From: Flavobacterium sp. | Lineage (GTDB): Bacteria > Bacteroidota > Bacteroidia > Flavobacteriales > Flavobacteriaceae | Assembly: GCF_046317795.1 (NCBI RefSeq) | Contig: NZ_JBKCVI010000087.1 | Span: forward strand, 3,438-67,437 | Reading direction: 5' to 3' | Length of the DNA: 64,000 nucleotides | Shown: positions 29,564 to 39,915 of the stretch, in pieces | Layout: each line of letters opens with the position of its first letter | Numbering within the stretch: position 1 is the first letter of the stretch | Position numbers and translations under genes: made by a program | The notes under the pieces: model-generated | Told to the model about the DNA's origin: nothing | Database searches by the model: none | The model's input: the letters and a program-made list of their open reading frames with translations, nothing else

Positions 29564-30688
29564 TTATGAAAACATATCTTTTACTTTTTCAAAAAAAGAT
29601 TTGTCACCTTTTTCAGGATTTGGCATAAAGTTTTCGTCGGATAATGATTTCTCGAAGAATTGACGTTGTTCTTTAGATAATGTTTTTGGTGTCCAAACAT
29701 TCACATGTACTAATAAATCACCGCTACCATAACTATTCAAGCTTGGAATTCCTTTTCCTTTCAGCCGAAGAATTTTACCTGATTGAATTCCTTCTTCCAG
29801 TTTAATTCTCACTTTACCATTGACCGCATCAATTTCTTTAGAAACTCCCAAAGCTGCTTCTGCAATACTTATGTACAAGTCATAGTGTAAATTTTCACCT
29901 TCACGTTTTAAAAACGCATGCTCTAGTTCTTCAATAGCTACGATTAAATCGCCTGCTATACTATTTCCTGGTGCATCATTTCCTTTTCCAGAAACTTTCA
30001 ATTGCATTCCGTCAACTACTCCAGCCGGGATTTTAATAGAAACTGTTTCGTCTTCTAAAATCATTCCGTGTGCATCGGCATTGTTGGGTTTGCTTTCAAT
30101 AGTTTGCCCAGTACCACCACAAACATTACAGGTTGTAGCCGATTGCATTCTGCCTAAAATAGTATTGGTTACTCGCAATACTTGTCCTTGACCATTACAC
30201 GTTGAACAAGTTTTATATTTTACGCCAGCAGCTTGTACTTTGCGCTTTACTTTAACTTTTTTCTCAACACCATTGGCAATTTCTTCTAAAGTTAATTTCA
30301 CTTTAATACGAAGATTGCTTCCTTTCACTCTACGTTGTCCTCCAGAATTCCCTCCGTAACCACTGAAACCACCACCTCCAAATGCACCACCAAAAATATC
30401 ACCAAACTGACTGAAAATATCATCCATATTCATGTGATGCCCACCACCATATCCACTAGCAGCATCAAAAGCAGCATGACCATATTGATCATATTTTGCT
30501 TTTTTATCAGCATCGCTCAACACTTCATAAGCTTCGGCAGCTGTTTTGAATTTTTCTTCGGCTTCTTTATTCCCGGGATTTTTATCAGGGTGAAATTCAA
30601 TCGCTTTCTTTCGGTATGCTTTTTTAATTTCTTCTGGAGAAGCGCTTTTGGATACGCCTAATATTTCGTAAAAATCTTTTTTGCTCAT
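29564..30688 (-). CDS. dnaJ: Molecular chaperone DnaJ
   Basis: J domain with HPD, G/F region, CxxCxGxG zinc-finger repeats. Confidence 0.97.
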   Translation of the reverse strand: MSKKDFYEILGVSKSASPEEIKKAYRKKAIEFHPDKNPGNKEAEEKFKTAAEAYEVLSDADKKAKYDQYGHAAFDAASGYGGGHHMNMDDIFSQFGDIFGGAFGGGGFSGYGGNSGGQRRVKGSNLRIKVKLTLEEIANGVEKKVKVKRKVQAAGVKYKTCSTCNGQGQVLRVTNTILGRMQSATTCNVCGGTGQTIESKPNNADAHGMILEDETVSIKIPAGVVDGMQLKVSGKGNDAPGNSIAGDLIVAIEELEHAFLKREGENLHYDLYISIAEAALGVSKEIDAVNGKVRIKLEEGIQSGKILRLKGKGIPSLNSYGSGDLLVHVNVWTPKTLSKEQRQFFEKSLSDENFMPNPEKGDKSFFEKVKDMFS

Positions 30689-30697
30689 ACTACTTTT

Positions 30698-31267
30698 TTA
30701 TTGACCAATAACCACTTTAGGGAAACGAATAATTTTGTCTCCCAATTTATATCCTTTTTCAATTACATCAACAATTTTACCTTTTAAATCATCCGTTGGC
30801 GCTGGAATTTGTGTAATTGCTTCGGCAAAATCGGCATTAAAAACATCACCAGCTCTGATATCAAGTTGTTCTAAACCTTTAGCAACAAGAGTACTTTTTA
30901 ATTTTTCGTAAATTAATACTACACCTTTCAACAATACCTCATCTTCTGACTTAGAAATTTGAACCATAGCTCTGTCAAAATCATCCAACACTGGCAACAT
31001 GGCTTGCAATACTTCCTCATTGGCAGTTCTGAACAAATCAATACGCTCTTTGGCAGTTCTTTTTTTGAAATTTTCAAATTCAGCAAACAAGCGAAGAAAC
31101 TTATCTTTTTCGATAGCTAAATTTTCTTCTAACTTGGCTTCAACACTTAATTCTTCTGCTGTTTCTATTTCATTAACAACACTTTCAACGTCGCTTTCGA
31201 TGTGTTCCTTTTCCGTATTTTCAGTATTCATTTCTGTTTTATCTTTAAAAATATTTTTGATTTTCAT
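30698..31267 (-). CDS. grpE: Nucleotide exchange factor GrpE
   Basis: LRLFAEFENFKKR, LPVLDDFDRA, KGYKLGDKIIRFPKV. Confidence 0.96.
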   Translation of the reverse strand: MKIKNIFKDKTEMNTENTEKEHIESDVESVVNEIETAEELSVEAKLEENLAIEKDKFLRLFAEFENFKKRTAKERIDLFRTANEEVLQAMLPVLDDFDRAMVQISKSEDEVLLKGVVLIYEKLKSTLVAKGLEQLDIRAGDVFNADFAEAITQIPAPTDDLKGKIVDVIEKGYKLGDKIIRFPKVVIGQ

Positions 31268-31297
31268 ATTCTTTATTTATTCCAAACTCTCGGAATG

Positions 31298-31336
31298 CAA
31301 AAGTACTGCCATTTCTTTAAAAATGTCATATTGTCA
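31298..31336 (-). promoter_or_regulatory. grpE-dnaJ promoter (-7 TACTTTTG at 31305-31298) with upstream TGACA-N3-TGACA repeat
   Basis: Plus-strand CAAAAGTA and TGTCA-TAT-TGTCA (31324-31336). Confidence 0.45.
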
Positions 31337-31534
31337 TTATTTTTTGTTTAGTAAAAAAGGGGGATTGAAAATAGTATCTTAGAAAGTAATAATAATTTAA
31401 CCAAATTTTAATAAAATTTTAAGACTATTACGTTTTCGTTTTGATTATGTTTGTATCAATAAAACATAACAACAATCATTTAGGTTAGCTTACAGCTGTA
31501 AATAATTATTAATTCAACAATCTTTATAGTCAAG

Positions 31535-31562
31535 AAAAGTGCTGTTAAACAACAGCACTTTT
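31535..31562. terminator. Bidirectional intrinsic terminator
   Basis: AAAAGTGCTGTT-aaac-AACAGCACTTTT perfect stem. Confidence 0.8.
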
Positions 31563-31564
31563 TT

Positions 31565-32470
31565 TTATGCATATAAATCATTGATTGCTTTGTCAATTTT
31601 AGGAAATTGAAATTGAAAACCAGAGTTTGTGATTTTTATTGAACTTAGATTTTTACTTGAGAATAGTAAATAGGACATTTCACCCAGTATTAGATTCATA
31701 ACAAATTCTGGAATATTCGGAAGCCATAATGGTTTTTTCAATGTTTTGGCAATGACTTTTGTTAATTCTTGATTGCTAACTGGATGAGGAGAAACAGCAT
31801 TAAAAATTCCTTCTAATTGTTTTTCTATTGCAAAATAATACATCGCAACTAAATCAGTGATATGTATCCAGGATTGAATTTGTTTTCCAGTTCCCATGGC
31901 TCCTCCAAATCCCAAATTTATTGGTTTCACCATTTCTGGTAAAGCACCACCTTTATTGGAAAGTACAATTCCGGTTCGGAGTTTGCAAACTTTTATTCCC
32001 AGTACTTGAAAAGTATCGACACTTTCCTCCCATTTTTTGACTACATTGGAAAGAAAACTATCTTCCGATTCTGTTGTAGTTTCATCATAAACTTGGGAAA
32101 TACTTTCTGGATATATAGCGGTTCCTGACGCGGATACTATTTGTTTTACTTGGTTTGGAGATTTTTTTATCAGATTAAAAAGCAATTCGCTAGACAATGT
32201 TCGGCTTTCTATAATTTCTTGTTTGTATTTATTTGTCCATCGTTGCGCAATATTGGCTCCAGCCAAATGAATTATTGCATCTACTCCGTCAATACATCTT
32301 TCATCTATTTTACCTTCTTGTGGATTCCAATAAAAACCTTTGTGATTTGGTTCTTCCTTAATTTTGGCGTTTGAGGTAGTCAAATAATGAACGGAATGGT
32401 TTTTTGATAGTAATAATTTTACCAATTCACTTCCTATTAATCCTGTTGCACCTGTAATTAGAATTTTCAT
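31565..32470 (-). CDS. TIGR01777 family oxidoreductase (NAD-dependent epimerase)
   Basis: ITGATGLIG, IHLAGANIA.RW, LRTGIVL, QSWIHI.D, NAVSP.PV.N. Confidence 0.9.
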   Translation of the reverse strand: MKILITGATGLIGSELVKLLLSKNHSVHYLTTSNAKIKEEPNHKGFYWNPQEGKIDERCIDGVDAIIHLAGANIAQRWTNKYKQEIIESRTLSSELLFNLIKKSPNQVKQIVSASGTAIYPESISQVYDETTTESEDSFLSNVVKKWEESVDTFQVLGIKVCKLRTGIVLSNKGGALPEMVKPINLGFGGAMGTGKQIQSWIHITDLVAMYYFAIEKQLEGIFNAVSPHPVSNQELTKVIAKTLKKPLWLPNIPEFVMNLILGEMSYLLFSSKNLSSIKITNSGFQFQFPKIDKAINDLYA

Positions 32471-32547
32471 TTTGAATAATTTTTATCAAAGTTATAATCA
32501 AAGTGTCATAAATTAAACCCAATTATAAAGGGTTTAACTTTTGTTTA

Positions 32548-33000
32548 TTACTTCAATTTTATACTCCATTCAAAGTTTAATTCAGAAACTTGTTCCCCTT
32601 TTTCATTAACACCAATCGATTTCATCCAAATGGTTTGTCCTTCACCAGTAGTTATGGTTTTAACAACGGCATCATCTATCAAATGTCCATCATTACAAGT
32701 AAAGGTAATTCTGCCAGTTGCTTTTTTTGAAAAATTACTAGTATTATTGGCAACCAACATGGAGATGTTCTTTCCGCTTTTTTTGATTTTCATAATTACC
32801 AAAGCGCCTGTTGTTAACTCAGCTGCCATAGCTTGTACGGCAAAATACATCGATTTAAAAGGGTTTTGATTTAACCAACGATGCTTTACCGTTACCACAC
32901 ATTGTTGCTCAGAAAGTGTTTTTACCCTAACACCACACCAAAATGCAGATGGTAATTTAAAAAATAAAAAACTATTAAATTTTGAAGGAGAAAATTCCAT
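32548..33000 (-). CDS. Hot-dog fold thioesterase (DUF4442 type)
   Basis: KLPSAFWCGVRV, NQNPFKSMYFAVQAMAAEL; start 33000 preferred. Confidence 0.82.
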   Translation of the reverse strand: MEFSPSKFNSFLFFKLPSAFWCGVRVKTLSEQQCVVTVKHRWLNQNPFKSMYFAVQAMAAELTTGALVIMKIKKSGKNISMLVANNTSNFSKKATGRITFTCNDGHLIDDAVVKTITTGEGQTIWMKSIGVNEKGEQVSELNFEWSIKLK

Positions 33001-33084
33001 TAGAGCTTGATTTTGCAGTAAAAATACAAAAAAGTGAATTGGTTTTGTAACTTTATTAAACGTTAATATTTTGTTAAATTTAAG

Positions 33085-33125
33085 TACTTTGTATTGCACA
33101 GTATCTTTTTTTAACTTTATCTTTG
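33085..33125 (+). promoter_or_regulatory. Imperfect palindrome TACTTTGTATTGCACAGTA (33085-33103) upstream of -7 box TATCTTTG (33118-33125); putative PadR operator
   Basis: 14/19 self-complementary; sits at the head of the DUF4870-padR-pspC cluster. Confidence 0.45.
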
Positions 33126-33198
33126 TATAAGAAATTAATGGTCTATCAATAGTATTATTAATTTGAGTTTCAATCATCCAATTTAAAAATCAAATATA

Positions 33199-33654
33199 AT
33201 GACAACATCTAACGAAAAAAACACGGCAACATTAATCCACTTGAGTGCATTGGCACAATATATAGTTCCGTTTGGAAATTATATTTTTCCAACCATGATT
33301 TGGAGTGCGAAGAAAAACGAATCAGAGTTTGTAGATTATAATGGTAAACAAGTTTTGAATTTTCAACTGAGTATCCTTATTTATACTATCGTACTGTGCG
33401 CAATTGCAATTCCCATTTTGCTTTATGCATTTTTCAAGAACCTTCCGCTAAACGCTAATTTTGAATCGGAGGATTTTATATATGAAAGAATTTTATTTGG
33501 TGAAAATAGCAGTTGGGCAATCATAGGAATTGTGGGGGTTTTAATAATTATTTTTATAAAAATAATCGAGTTTGTATTAATCATACACGCCGCTGTAAAA
33601 GCATCAAATGGAGATCGTTACAACTACCCGCTAAGCATATCGTTTTTTAAATAA
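33199..33654 (+). CDS. DUF4870 domain membrane protein
   Basis: LIHLSAL..YIVPFGNYIFP..IW, GKQVLNFQ, YNYPLSI. Confidence 0.85.
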   Translation: MTTSNEKNTATLIHLSALAQYIVPFGNYIFPTMIWSAKKNESEFVDYNGKQVLNFQLSILIYTIVLCAIAIPILLYAFFKNLPLNANFESEDFIYERILFGENSSWAIIGIVGVLIIIFIKIIEFVLIIHAAVKASNGDRYNYPLSISFFK

Positions 33655-33698
33655 TCAATAAAGTAAATCATCAATAATCAATTTAAATCAATCAAAAA

Positions 33699-34061
33699 AT
33701 GAAACAGTTAATCTTAATCACATCGCTTTTAGTTGTAATGACAACTAAATTATTAGAACAAGAGAATGCTATTGAAATCAAAAATTCTCAAAAACCTACT
33801 TCTGAAGTACAAAAAGAAAATCATCAGTTCGAAATTGTAGCCAATGAAAATGTAGATGTCAATCTGAAATTTAATCTAAAATTAGAGGACAAGGTAAAAG
33901 TTCTTGTTACCAATCAACAAGACCAAGTAGTTTTTTCAAAAGTATACCGCAAAAAAGGCAATAACAAAATTGCTTTTAGCATGGAAGAAAATGAAAAATA
34001 TACCATATTGCTCCACGGAAATAAACAGTCAAATATGATTGTTAGTGTTTCTGAAAATTAA
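33699..34061 (+). CDS. Hypothetical secreted beta-rich protein
   Basis: 120-aa ORF in operon, N-terminal hydrophobic segment. Confidence 0.6.
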   Translation: MKQLILITSLLVVMTTKLLEQENAIEIKNSQKPTSEVQKENHQFEIVANENVDVNLKFNLKLEDKVKVLVTNQQDQVVFSKVYRKKGNNKIAFSMEENEKYTILLHGNKQSNMIVSVSEN

Positions 34062-34120
34062 AAATCTTTCAATCATTAACCATGAAACGTATCAGTAACT
34101 AAAAAAATAAATTAGGTATT

Positions 34121-34450
34121 ATGAATATTGAAAACACAAAAGCCCAGATGCGTAAAGGTGTTTTAGAATTTTGTATCTTGTCTGTCCTTAAAGAGAAAGA
34201 CGCCTACACTTCTGAAATATTAGACACTTTAAAAAACGCTAAATTACTTGTCGTAGAAGGAACAGTTTATCCACTATTAACAAGACTGAAAAATGACGGT
34301 TTACTCAACTATCGTTGGGAAGAATCAACATCGGGACCACCCAGAAAATATTATGGTTTAACCGAATTAGGCAAAACATTTTTAACTGAATTAAACAGTA
34401 CTTGGACAGAACTTTCTGATGCTGTAAACATTATAACTAATCAAAAATAA
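34121..34450 (+). CDS. PadR family transcriptional regulator
   Basis: QMRKGVLEFCIL, EGTVYPLLTRL, GPPRKYY.LT. Confidence 0.93.
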   Translation: MNIENTKAQMRKGVLEFCILSVLKEKDAYTSEILDTLKNAKLLVVEGTVYPLLTRLKNDGLLNYRWEESTSGPPRKYYGLTELGKTFLTELNSTWTELSDAVNIITNQK

Positions 34451-34455
34451 TAATC

Positions 34456-36198
34456 ATGAACAAAACAGTAAATATTAATATAGGTGGTTTATTCTTTCAC
34501 ATAGATGAAGATGCATACCAAAAATTAACTCGCTATTTTGAGGCGATAAAACGTTCTCTTTCCAATTCCTCTGGACAAGAAGAAATCATGAAAGATATAG
34601 AAATGCGTGTAGCTGAATTGCTAACAGAAAAACAAAAAAGCGACAAGCATGTAATCAATACTAAAGATGTTGACGAAGTAATTGTGGTTATGGGCCAACC
34701 TGAAGATTATCGTATAGATGAAGACTCAGACGACAAACCTAAAGAACCATTTTATCCTTATACAAAATCTAGAAAACTGTATCGCGATAAAGACCGTGGA
34801 ACTATTGCCGGTGTTTGTACTGGTTTAAGTCACTATTTTGGGATTGATGCCGTATGGGTAAAAATCTTATTCTTGATTTTGGCATTTACAAGTTTTGGTA
34901 TCATTGCCTATTTTGTACTTTGGATAGCCATGCCAAAAGCCGTAACAACCTCTGAAAAGTTGGAAATGACTGGAGAACCTGTAACGATTTCTAACATTGA
35001 AAAAAAAGTAAGAGAAGAATTTGATAGCGTTTCAAACAAACTAAAAAACGTCAACTATGACAAAATGGGAAACGAAGTAAAGAATGGTGCTGAAAGAGTT
35101 GCTGGTGGAATTGGTGATGTTTTAATAAGTATTTTCAAAGTATTTGCAAAAATTTTAGGCACAATTATCATAATTTTCTCCTCGTTGTTATTACTTGTAA
35201 TTTGTATTACTTCCATTATTTTAATTTTTTCTTCATCAATGCCTAACAATTTTATTCTGAACCACATCGATACACCAATTGGATTAGAAACACCTATCTG
35301 GGTTCAAGGAATATTGTTTCTTTTAGCAGCTGGAATTCCAATGTTTTTCTTCATAATATTGGGTTTAAAACTATTAGTAACCAATTTGAAATCGATTGGA
35401 AATATAGCTAAATACAGTTTATTGGCCATTTGGATCATTGCGGTTGGTATCTTAATTTCATTAGGAATAAATGAAGCTATACAAATTGCCTTTGATGGTA
35501 AAGAAGTTAAAAAAGAGGTAATCAACATTGCTCCTACAGATACCTTGAAAATCAAATTTAAAAACAACGATTTTTATTCAAAAGACAAGTATGACAAAAT
35601 CGATTTCAGACTAACTCTAGACGAGAATAACAAAGAAATCATCTATTCTAATAATGTTACAATAGAGATTATGCCAACTGAGGAAACTTTGCCTTATATC
35701 CAAATCGAAAGATTAACAGTTGGTAAATCGGCAAAAGATGCCAGAAATCGTGCAGAAAAAATTAGATACAGCTATAAAATTGAAGGAAATCAATTAATTT
35801 TGGATAATTACTTATTGACAGATGCTGAGAACAAATTTAGAGGCCAAAGAGTAGCACTGTTCTTGTATTTACCAAAAGGAACTTTGTTTAAAGCCGATGA
35901 AAATGTGCAAGACTACGACAGTACAGATAATGATTTTTTCAATTTACATTTTAGTTCAAAAGACTATATTTATAAAGTAGAAAATTCAGAAGTTAAATGC
36001 TTGAATTGCCCAGCTGATGAAAATGAATATAAAGATTTGGAAGACAGTACGACCGAAATTATAACAAATGAAAACGATAGCACTGATGTGGTAACCGTAA
36101 AAGTAAATGGTAAAACAGTCATTGAAACCAAATCAGAAAAAAAAGGAAGTTTAGAAGTTAACAAAGACGGAATAATCATTAAAACTGAAAAACCATGA
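34456..36198 (+). CDS. PspC domain protein (HAAS-PspC-TM-toastrack type)
   Basis: N-terminal IDEDAY..L..Y...EI..DIE.R.AEL; KLYRD...IAGVCTGL.HYFGID PspC motif. Confidence 0.88.
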   Translation: MNKTVNINIGGLFFHIDEDAYQKLTRYFEAIKRSLSNSSGQEEIMKDIEMRVAELLTEKQKSDKHVINTKDVDEVIVVMGQPEDYRIDEDSDDKPKEPFYPYTKSRKLYRDKDRGTIAGVCTGLSHYFGIDAVWVKILFLILAFTSFGIIAYFVLWIAMPKAVTTSEKLEMTGEPVTISNIEKKVREEFDSVSNKLKNVNYDKMGNEVKNGAERVAGGIGDVLISIFKVFAKILGTIIIIFSSLLLLVICITSIILIFSSSMPNNFILNHIDTPIGLETPIWVQGILFLLAAGIPMFFFIILGLKLLVTNLKSIGNIAKYSLLAIWIIAVGILISLGINEAIQIAFDGKEVKKEVINIAPTDTLKIKFKNNDFYSKDKYDKIDFRLTLDENNKEIIYSNNVTIEIMPTEETLPYIQIERLTVGKSAKDARNRAEKIRYSYKIEGNQLILDNYLLTDAENKFRGQRVALFLYLPKGTLFKADENVQDYDSTDNDFFNLHFSSKDYIYKVENSEVKCLNCPADENEYKDLEDSTTEIITNENDSTDVVTVKVNGKTVIETKSEKKGSLEVNKDGIIIKTEKP

Positions 36199-36935
36199 TA
36201 AAATACACTATAATTAGCACCAAAATTTTTGTAGCCGTTTTTGCTTCATTATTATTTAGCGCTTGCAACGCTAACATAAACTTAGGTGATGGTATAGATG
36301 GTAATGGGAATGTTACTACACAAACCCGTAACGTTGAGAATAATTTTTCAAAAATTGATGTCAGTCGTGGATTAAATGTAACAATAGAACAAGCTACTAC
36401 TTATTTCGTAGAAGTTGAAGCCGATGAAAATTTGCAATCACACATAATTACTAAGGTCGAAAACGGAACACTATTTATCACTTCTGATGAAAATATTGAT
36501 GAAGCCAAAGCTAAAAACATTAGAGTAAAACTCCCCAAACTAACGACTGTAGAAACTGCAAGTGGTTCATCTGTAAGTTCAAATGGAATACTAAAAGGAA
36601 CTGAAATTTCGATAGAAACTACTAGTGGAAGTGAAACAAAACTCACTTTAGAATTTGACACTATCAGTTGCGAGGCAAGCAGTGGAAGTTCACTTAGTAT
36701 AAATGGAAAAGCATTGCTCCTAAAAACTGACTCATCTAGCGGAAGTACTATCGAAGCCAATGAATTATTAGTAAATGATGTTGTTTCAGAGTCAACAAGT
36801 GGAAGTTCAACGAATGTTCATCCATTAGTTAGCTTAAAAGCAAAAGCATCTAGCGGAAGTTCTATAGAATATAATTCTACCCCTAAAACAGTCACAAAAG
36901 AAGAAAGCTCAGGCGGAAGCGTTTCAAAAGAATAA
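36195..36935 (+). CDS. DUF2807 / head GIN domain lipoprotein
   Basis: Lipobox FSAC, GNGNVTTQTR, repeated SSGS motifs. Confidence 0.87.
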   Translation: MIKYTIISTKIFVAVFASLLFSACNANINLGDGIDGNGNVTTQTRNVENNFSKIDVSRGLNVTIEQATTYFVEVEADENLQSHIITKVENGTLFITSDENIDEAKAKNIRVKLPKLTTVETASGSSVSSNGILKGTEISIETTSGSETKLTLEFDTISCEASSGSSLSINGKALLLKTDSSSGSTIEANELLVNDVVSESTSGSSTNVHPLVSLKAKASSGSSIEYNSTPKTVTKEESSGGSVSKE

Positions 36936-37051
36936 GTTAATAAAGCATCTCAATGAAAATTGGGATGTTTTTTTTTATATTTTTGACACTCGAGTCCTGT
37001 TCAGAAGACGAGACGTACTGTACAAAGTAAAAACTATAAGTGCCGATATTT

Positions 37052-37891
37052 ATGAAAAAAATCATTATACTTATTTTCCTTTTATTATCTGCGATGACCT
37101 TTAGTCAACAAAAAGAAAAAGTAAAAGGTTCCAAAATTGTTAAACTAGAACAAAAACAAGTCGAAAACTTCGAAAGCATTGAAATAGATGATAACCTAGA
37201 AGTTTTTTTGGTTAAAGGAAAAGAATGCGGTCTTGAAATAGAAGCCGATGACAATTTAATCGAATTTGTTGAATACAAACTTACTGGTAAAAATCTCAGA
37301 ATTTCAACATCAAAAGACCTTTCAAGCTATAAGAAATTGAGTGTTCGTATAACTTACACTGATACATTTAACTTGGTAATTACCAAAGACGAAACCAATG
37401 TGACGGCTTTATCGGATATAGTTTTGAATACTATCACCTTTAAATGTTATGATTATTCCAAATTGTTTTTGAATGCAAAAACAAAAGATTTTACCTTGAT
37501 GGCTAATGATAAATCCAAAGTAGAATTAAACCTAAATTCAGATAAAACTACTATTGATGTAAGTAAAAATGCTTATGTAAAAGGATTAATTTCATCAATT
37601 GACATGCGATTTGATATGTACCAAAAATCATCTGCCGAAGTGGAGGGTGATATTATAAATTTAAAACTTCGATTAGATAATAATACCGAATTTATAGGTA
37701 AAAAGTTAATAGCTAAAAATGCATTACTTGAAACCAATGGTTATTCAAAAAATTCTATAACTATCAGCAACATTGCAACCATAGACGCATCTGGAAATAG
37801 CGAAATAGAATTGTATGGTGAACCTACCAAAATTGAAATAAATCGCTTCACAGAAAGTGCTTCACTCTTAAAAAAACCAACTCCAAAATAA
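37052..37891 (+). CDS. DUF2807 / GIN domain protein
   Basis: KVKGSK.V, IEADDNL, beta-helix-like repeats. Confidence 0.75.
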   Translation: MKKIIILIFLLLSAMTFSQQKEKVKGSKIVKLEQKQVENFESIEIDDNLEVFLVKGKECGLEIEADDNLIEFVEYKLTGKNLRISTSKDLSSYKKLSVRITYTDTFNLVITKDETNVTALSDIVLNTITFKCYDYSKLFLNAKTKDFTLMANDKSKVELNLNSDKTTIDVSKNAYVKGLISSIDMRFDMYQKSSAEVEGDIINLKLRLDNNTEFIGKKLIAKNALLETNGYSKNSITISNIATIDASGNSEIELYGEPTKIEINRFTESASLLKKPTPK

Positions 37892-37951
37892 AAAAATCCC
37901 ATCTAATCCAATGAAAAAGACAGGATTTTTTCTTTGCTTTAAACGAATATT

Positions 37952-38899
37952 CTACTCCAAAGAAGCCAAATACCTTTCTGCATCAAGTGCGGCCATACAA
38001 CCCGTTCCAGCTGCAGTTATCGCTTGACGATATACATGATCGGCAGCATCACCAGAAACAAAAACCCCTTGTACGTTTGTTTTTGAAGTGCCCGGAATAT
38101 TAACAATATAACCAGTTTCATCCAAAGTTATATAGTCAGCAAAAATATCTGTATTCGGTTTATGACCAATAGCGACAAAGAAACCAGTAGCTGGAATATC
38201 AAAAATAGTTCCAGTAGTTTTGTTTTTGGCTTTAACAGCAGTCACGACTTGTCCATCGCCAAGAACCTCAACCGTGTCGTGATTCATTAAAATAGTTATA
38301 TTTTCTGTTTTGCGGACACGAGCTTCCATAATTTTTGAAGCTCTAAATTTATCACTTCGAACAAGCATGGTTACTTTTTTGCATAATTTTGATAAATAAT
38401 GTGCTTCTTCACATGCAGAATCTCCTGCACCAACAATTACCACTTCTTGATTTCTGTAAAAAAAGCCATCACAAACCGCACAAGCAGATACACCACCACC
38501 GGTTTGTAAATAATGTTGTTCTGAGGGTATTCCTAAATATTTGGCCGTTGCACCTGTAGAAATTATTACAGTTTCAGCATGAATTTCTTTGGAGTCATTA
38601 ATCCAAACTTTATGAATGCTACCAGAAAAATCAACTTTAGTAACCCAACCATCACGAACATCAGTCCCAAAACGTTGCGCTTGCGCTTGTATACCAACCA
38701 TCATTTCTGGGCCAGTTATTCCTTCAGGATTTCCAGGCCAATTTTCCACTTCATTGGTTGTTGTAAGTTGTCCACCAGGTTGCGTTCCTTGATATAAAAC
38801 AGGGTTCATATTAGCTCTAGCCGCATAAATTGCTGCAGTATATCCTGCAGGACCAGAACCTATAATTAAGCATTTTACTTTTTCAATTGTATCTGACAT
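37952..38899 (-). CDS. trxB: Thioredoxin-disulfide reductase
   Basis: IGSGPAG, CAVCDG, GAGDSA, YRQAITAAG.GC.AA. Confidence 0.96.
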   Translation of the reverse strand: MSDTIEKVKCLIIGSGPAGYTAAIYAARANMNPVLYQGTQPGGQLTTTNEVENWPGNPEGITGPEMMVGIQAQAQRFGTDVRDGWVTKVDFSGSIHKVWINDSKEIHAETVIISTGATAKYLGIPSEQHYLQTGGGVSACAVCDGFFYRNQEVVIVGAGDSACEEAHYLSKLCKKVTMLVRSDKFRASKIMEARVRKTENITILMNHDTVEVLGDGQVVTAVKAKNKTTGTIFDIPATGFFVAIGHKPNTDIFADYITLDETGYIVNIPGTSKTNVQGVFVSGDAADHVYRQAITAAGTGCMAALDAERYLASLE

Positions 38900-39013
38900 A
38901 TTTTGTTTTTTAATTTTGGTTGCAAAGGTAAACTTTTAAGTGAAATATATATTTGGATTGTAATTAGTAAATGTAATATTTGAATAAAAAATAGTATAAA
39001 ATTTCATGAAATG

Positions 39014-39042
39014 AAAAAAGACTATCAACGGATAGTCTTTTT
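39014..39042 (-). terminator. Terminator downstream of tRNA-Pro
   Basis: AAAAAAGACTATC-aacg-GATAGTCTTTTT. Confidence 0.75.
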
Positions 39043-39043
39043 G

Positions 39044-39118
39044 TCGGGGTGGCAGGATTCGAACCTGCGGCCTCCTGCTCCCAAAGCAGGCGCGATAACC
39101 GGGCTACGCTACACCCCG
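39044..39118 (-). tRNA. tRNA-Pro (anticodon UGG), CCA not encoded
   Basis: Reverse complement CGGGGTGTAGCGTAGCCCGGTTATCGCGCCTGCTTTGGGAGCAGGAGGCCGCAGGTTCGAATCCTGCCACCCCGA folds as a cloverleaf. Confidence 0.96.
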
Positions 39119-39296
39119 AAAACAAGAGTGCAAATATAGAATTATTAATTAGCAATCAAAAGCTTTTTACTTTTTTTCACAGTCATGTAATATTTCAACA
39201 ATCACCCATCTCTTTTTTCTTAATTCTATTTTCTTTTCTCTTCAAACTTCCGATATAATTGCTATTTTTGTTATAAATTTAACAATCACTGTAACT

Positions 39297-39905
39297 ATGT
39301 TAATTATAGGTATTGCTGGTGGTACAGGTAGCGGTAAAACTACTGTTGTTCATCAAATCATGAATGAATTACCCGAAACAGAAGTAGGTGTTTTGTCTCA
39401 AGACGCTTACTACAAAGAAAATGATAATTTAAGTTTTGAAGAAAGAGCATTAGTTAATTTTGACCATCCTCGAGCCATTGATTTTGAACTTTTGGTTCAG
39501 CATCTCAAAGATTTAAAAGAAGGAAAAATAATAGAACAACCCGTTTATTCTTTTATAACCCACAATCGAACCGATGACACTATCATAACGCATCCAAGAA
39601 AAGTGATGATTGTGGAAGGAATTTTGATTTTGACTAATCCCGAATTACGTGATTTATTTGACATAAAAGTTTTTGTTCATGCCGATTCTGATGAGCGATT
39701 AATTAGGAGATTAAAAAGAGATATTGCCGAGCGTGGTCGCGATATGGAAGAAGTTTTAAACCGTTACCAAACGACATTAAAACCAATGCACCAACAATTC
39801 ATTGAACCTACCAAAGCTTTTGCCGATATTATTATCCCTAATGACAAATACAATACCGTAGCCATTGATGTAGTTAGGGCGGTTATCAATCAAAGAATTA
39901 CTTAA
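39297..39905 (+). CDS. udk: Uridine kinase
   Basis: GIAGGTGSGKTT, QDAYY, NFDHP, RLIRRL.RD..ERGR. Confidence 0.95.
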   Translation: MLIIGIAGGTGSGKTTVVHQIMNELPETEVGVLSQDAYYKENDNLSFEERALVNFDHPRAIDFELLVQHLKDLKEGKIIEQPVYSFITHNRTDDTIITHPRKVMIVEGILILTNPELRDLFDIKVFVHADSDERLIRRLKRDIAERGRDMEEVLNRYQTTLKPMHQQFIEPTKAFADIIIPNDKYNTVAIDVVRAVINQRIT

Positions 39906-39915
39906 AATAGAATTT

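Noticed and set aside
29564-31267. grpE-dnaJ without dnaK
   Set aside because: Usual arrangement in Bacteroidota; dnaK is normally elsewhere.
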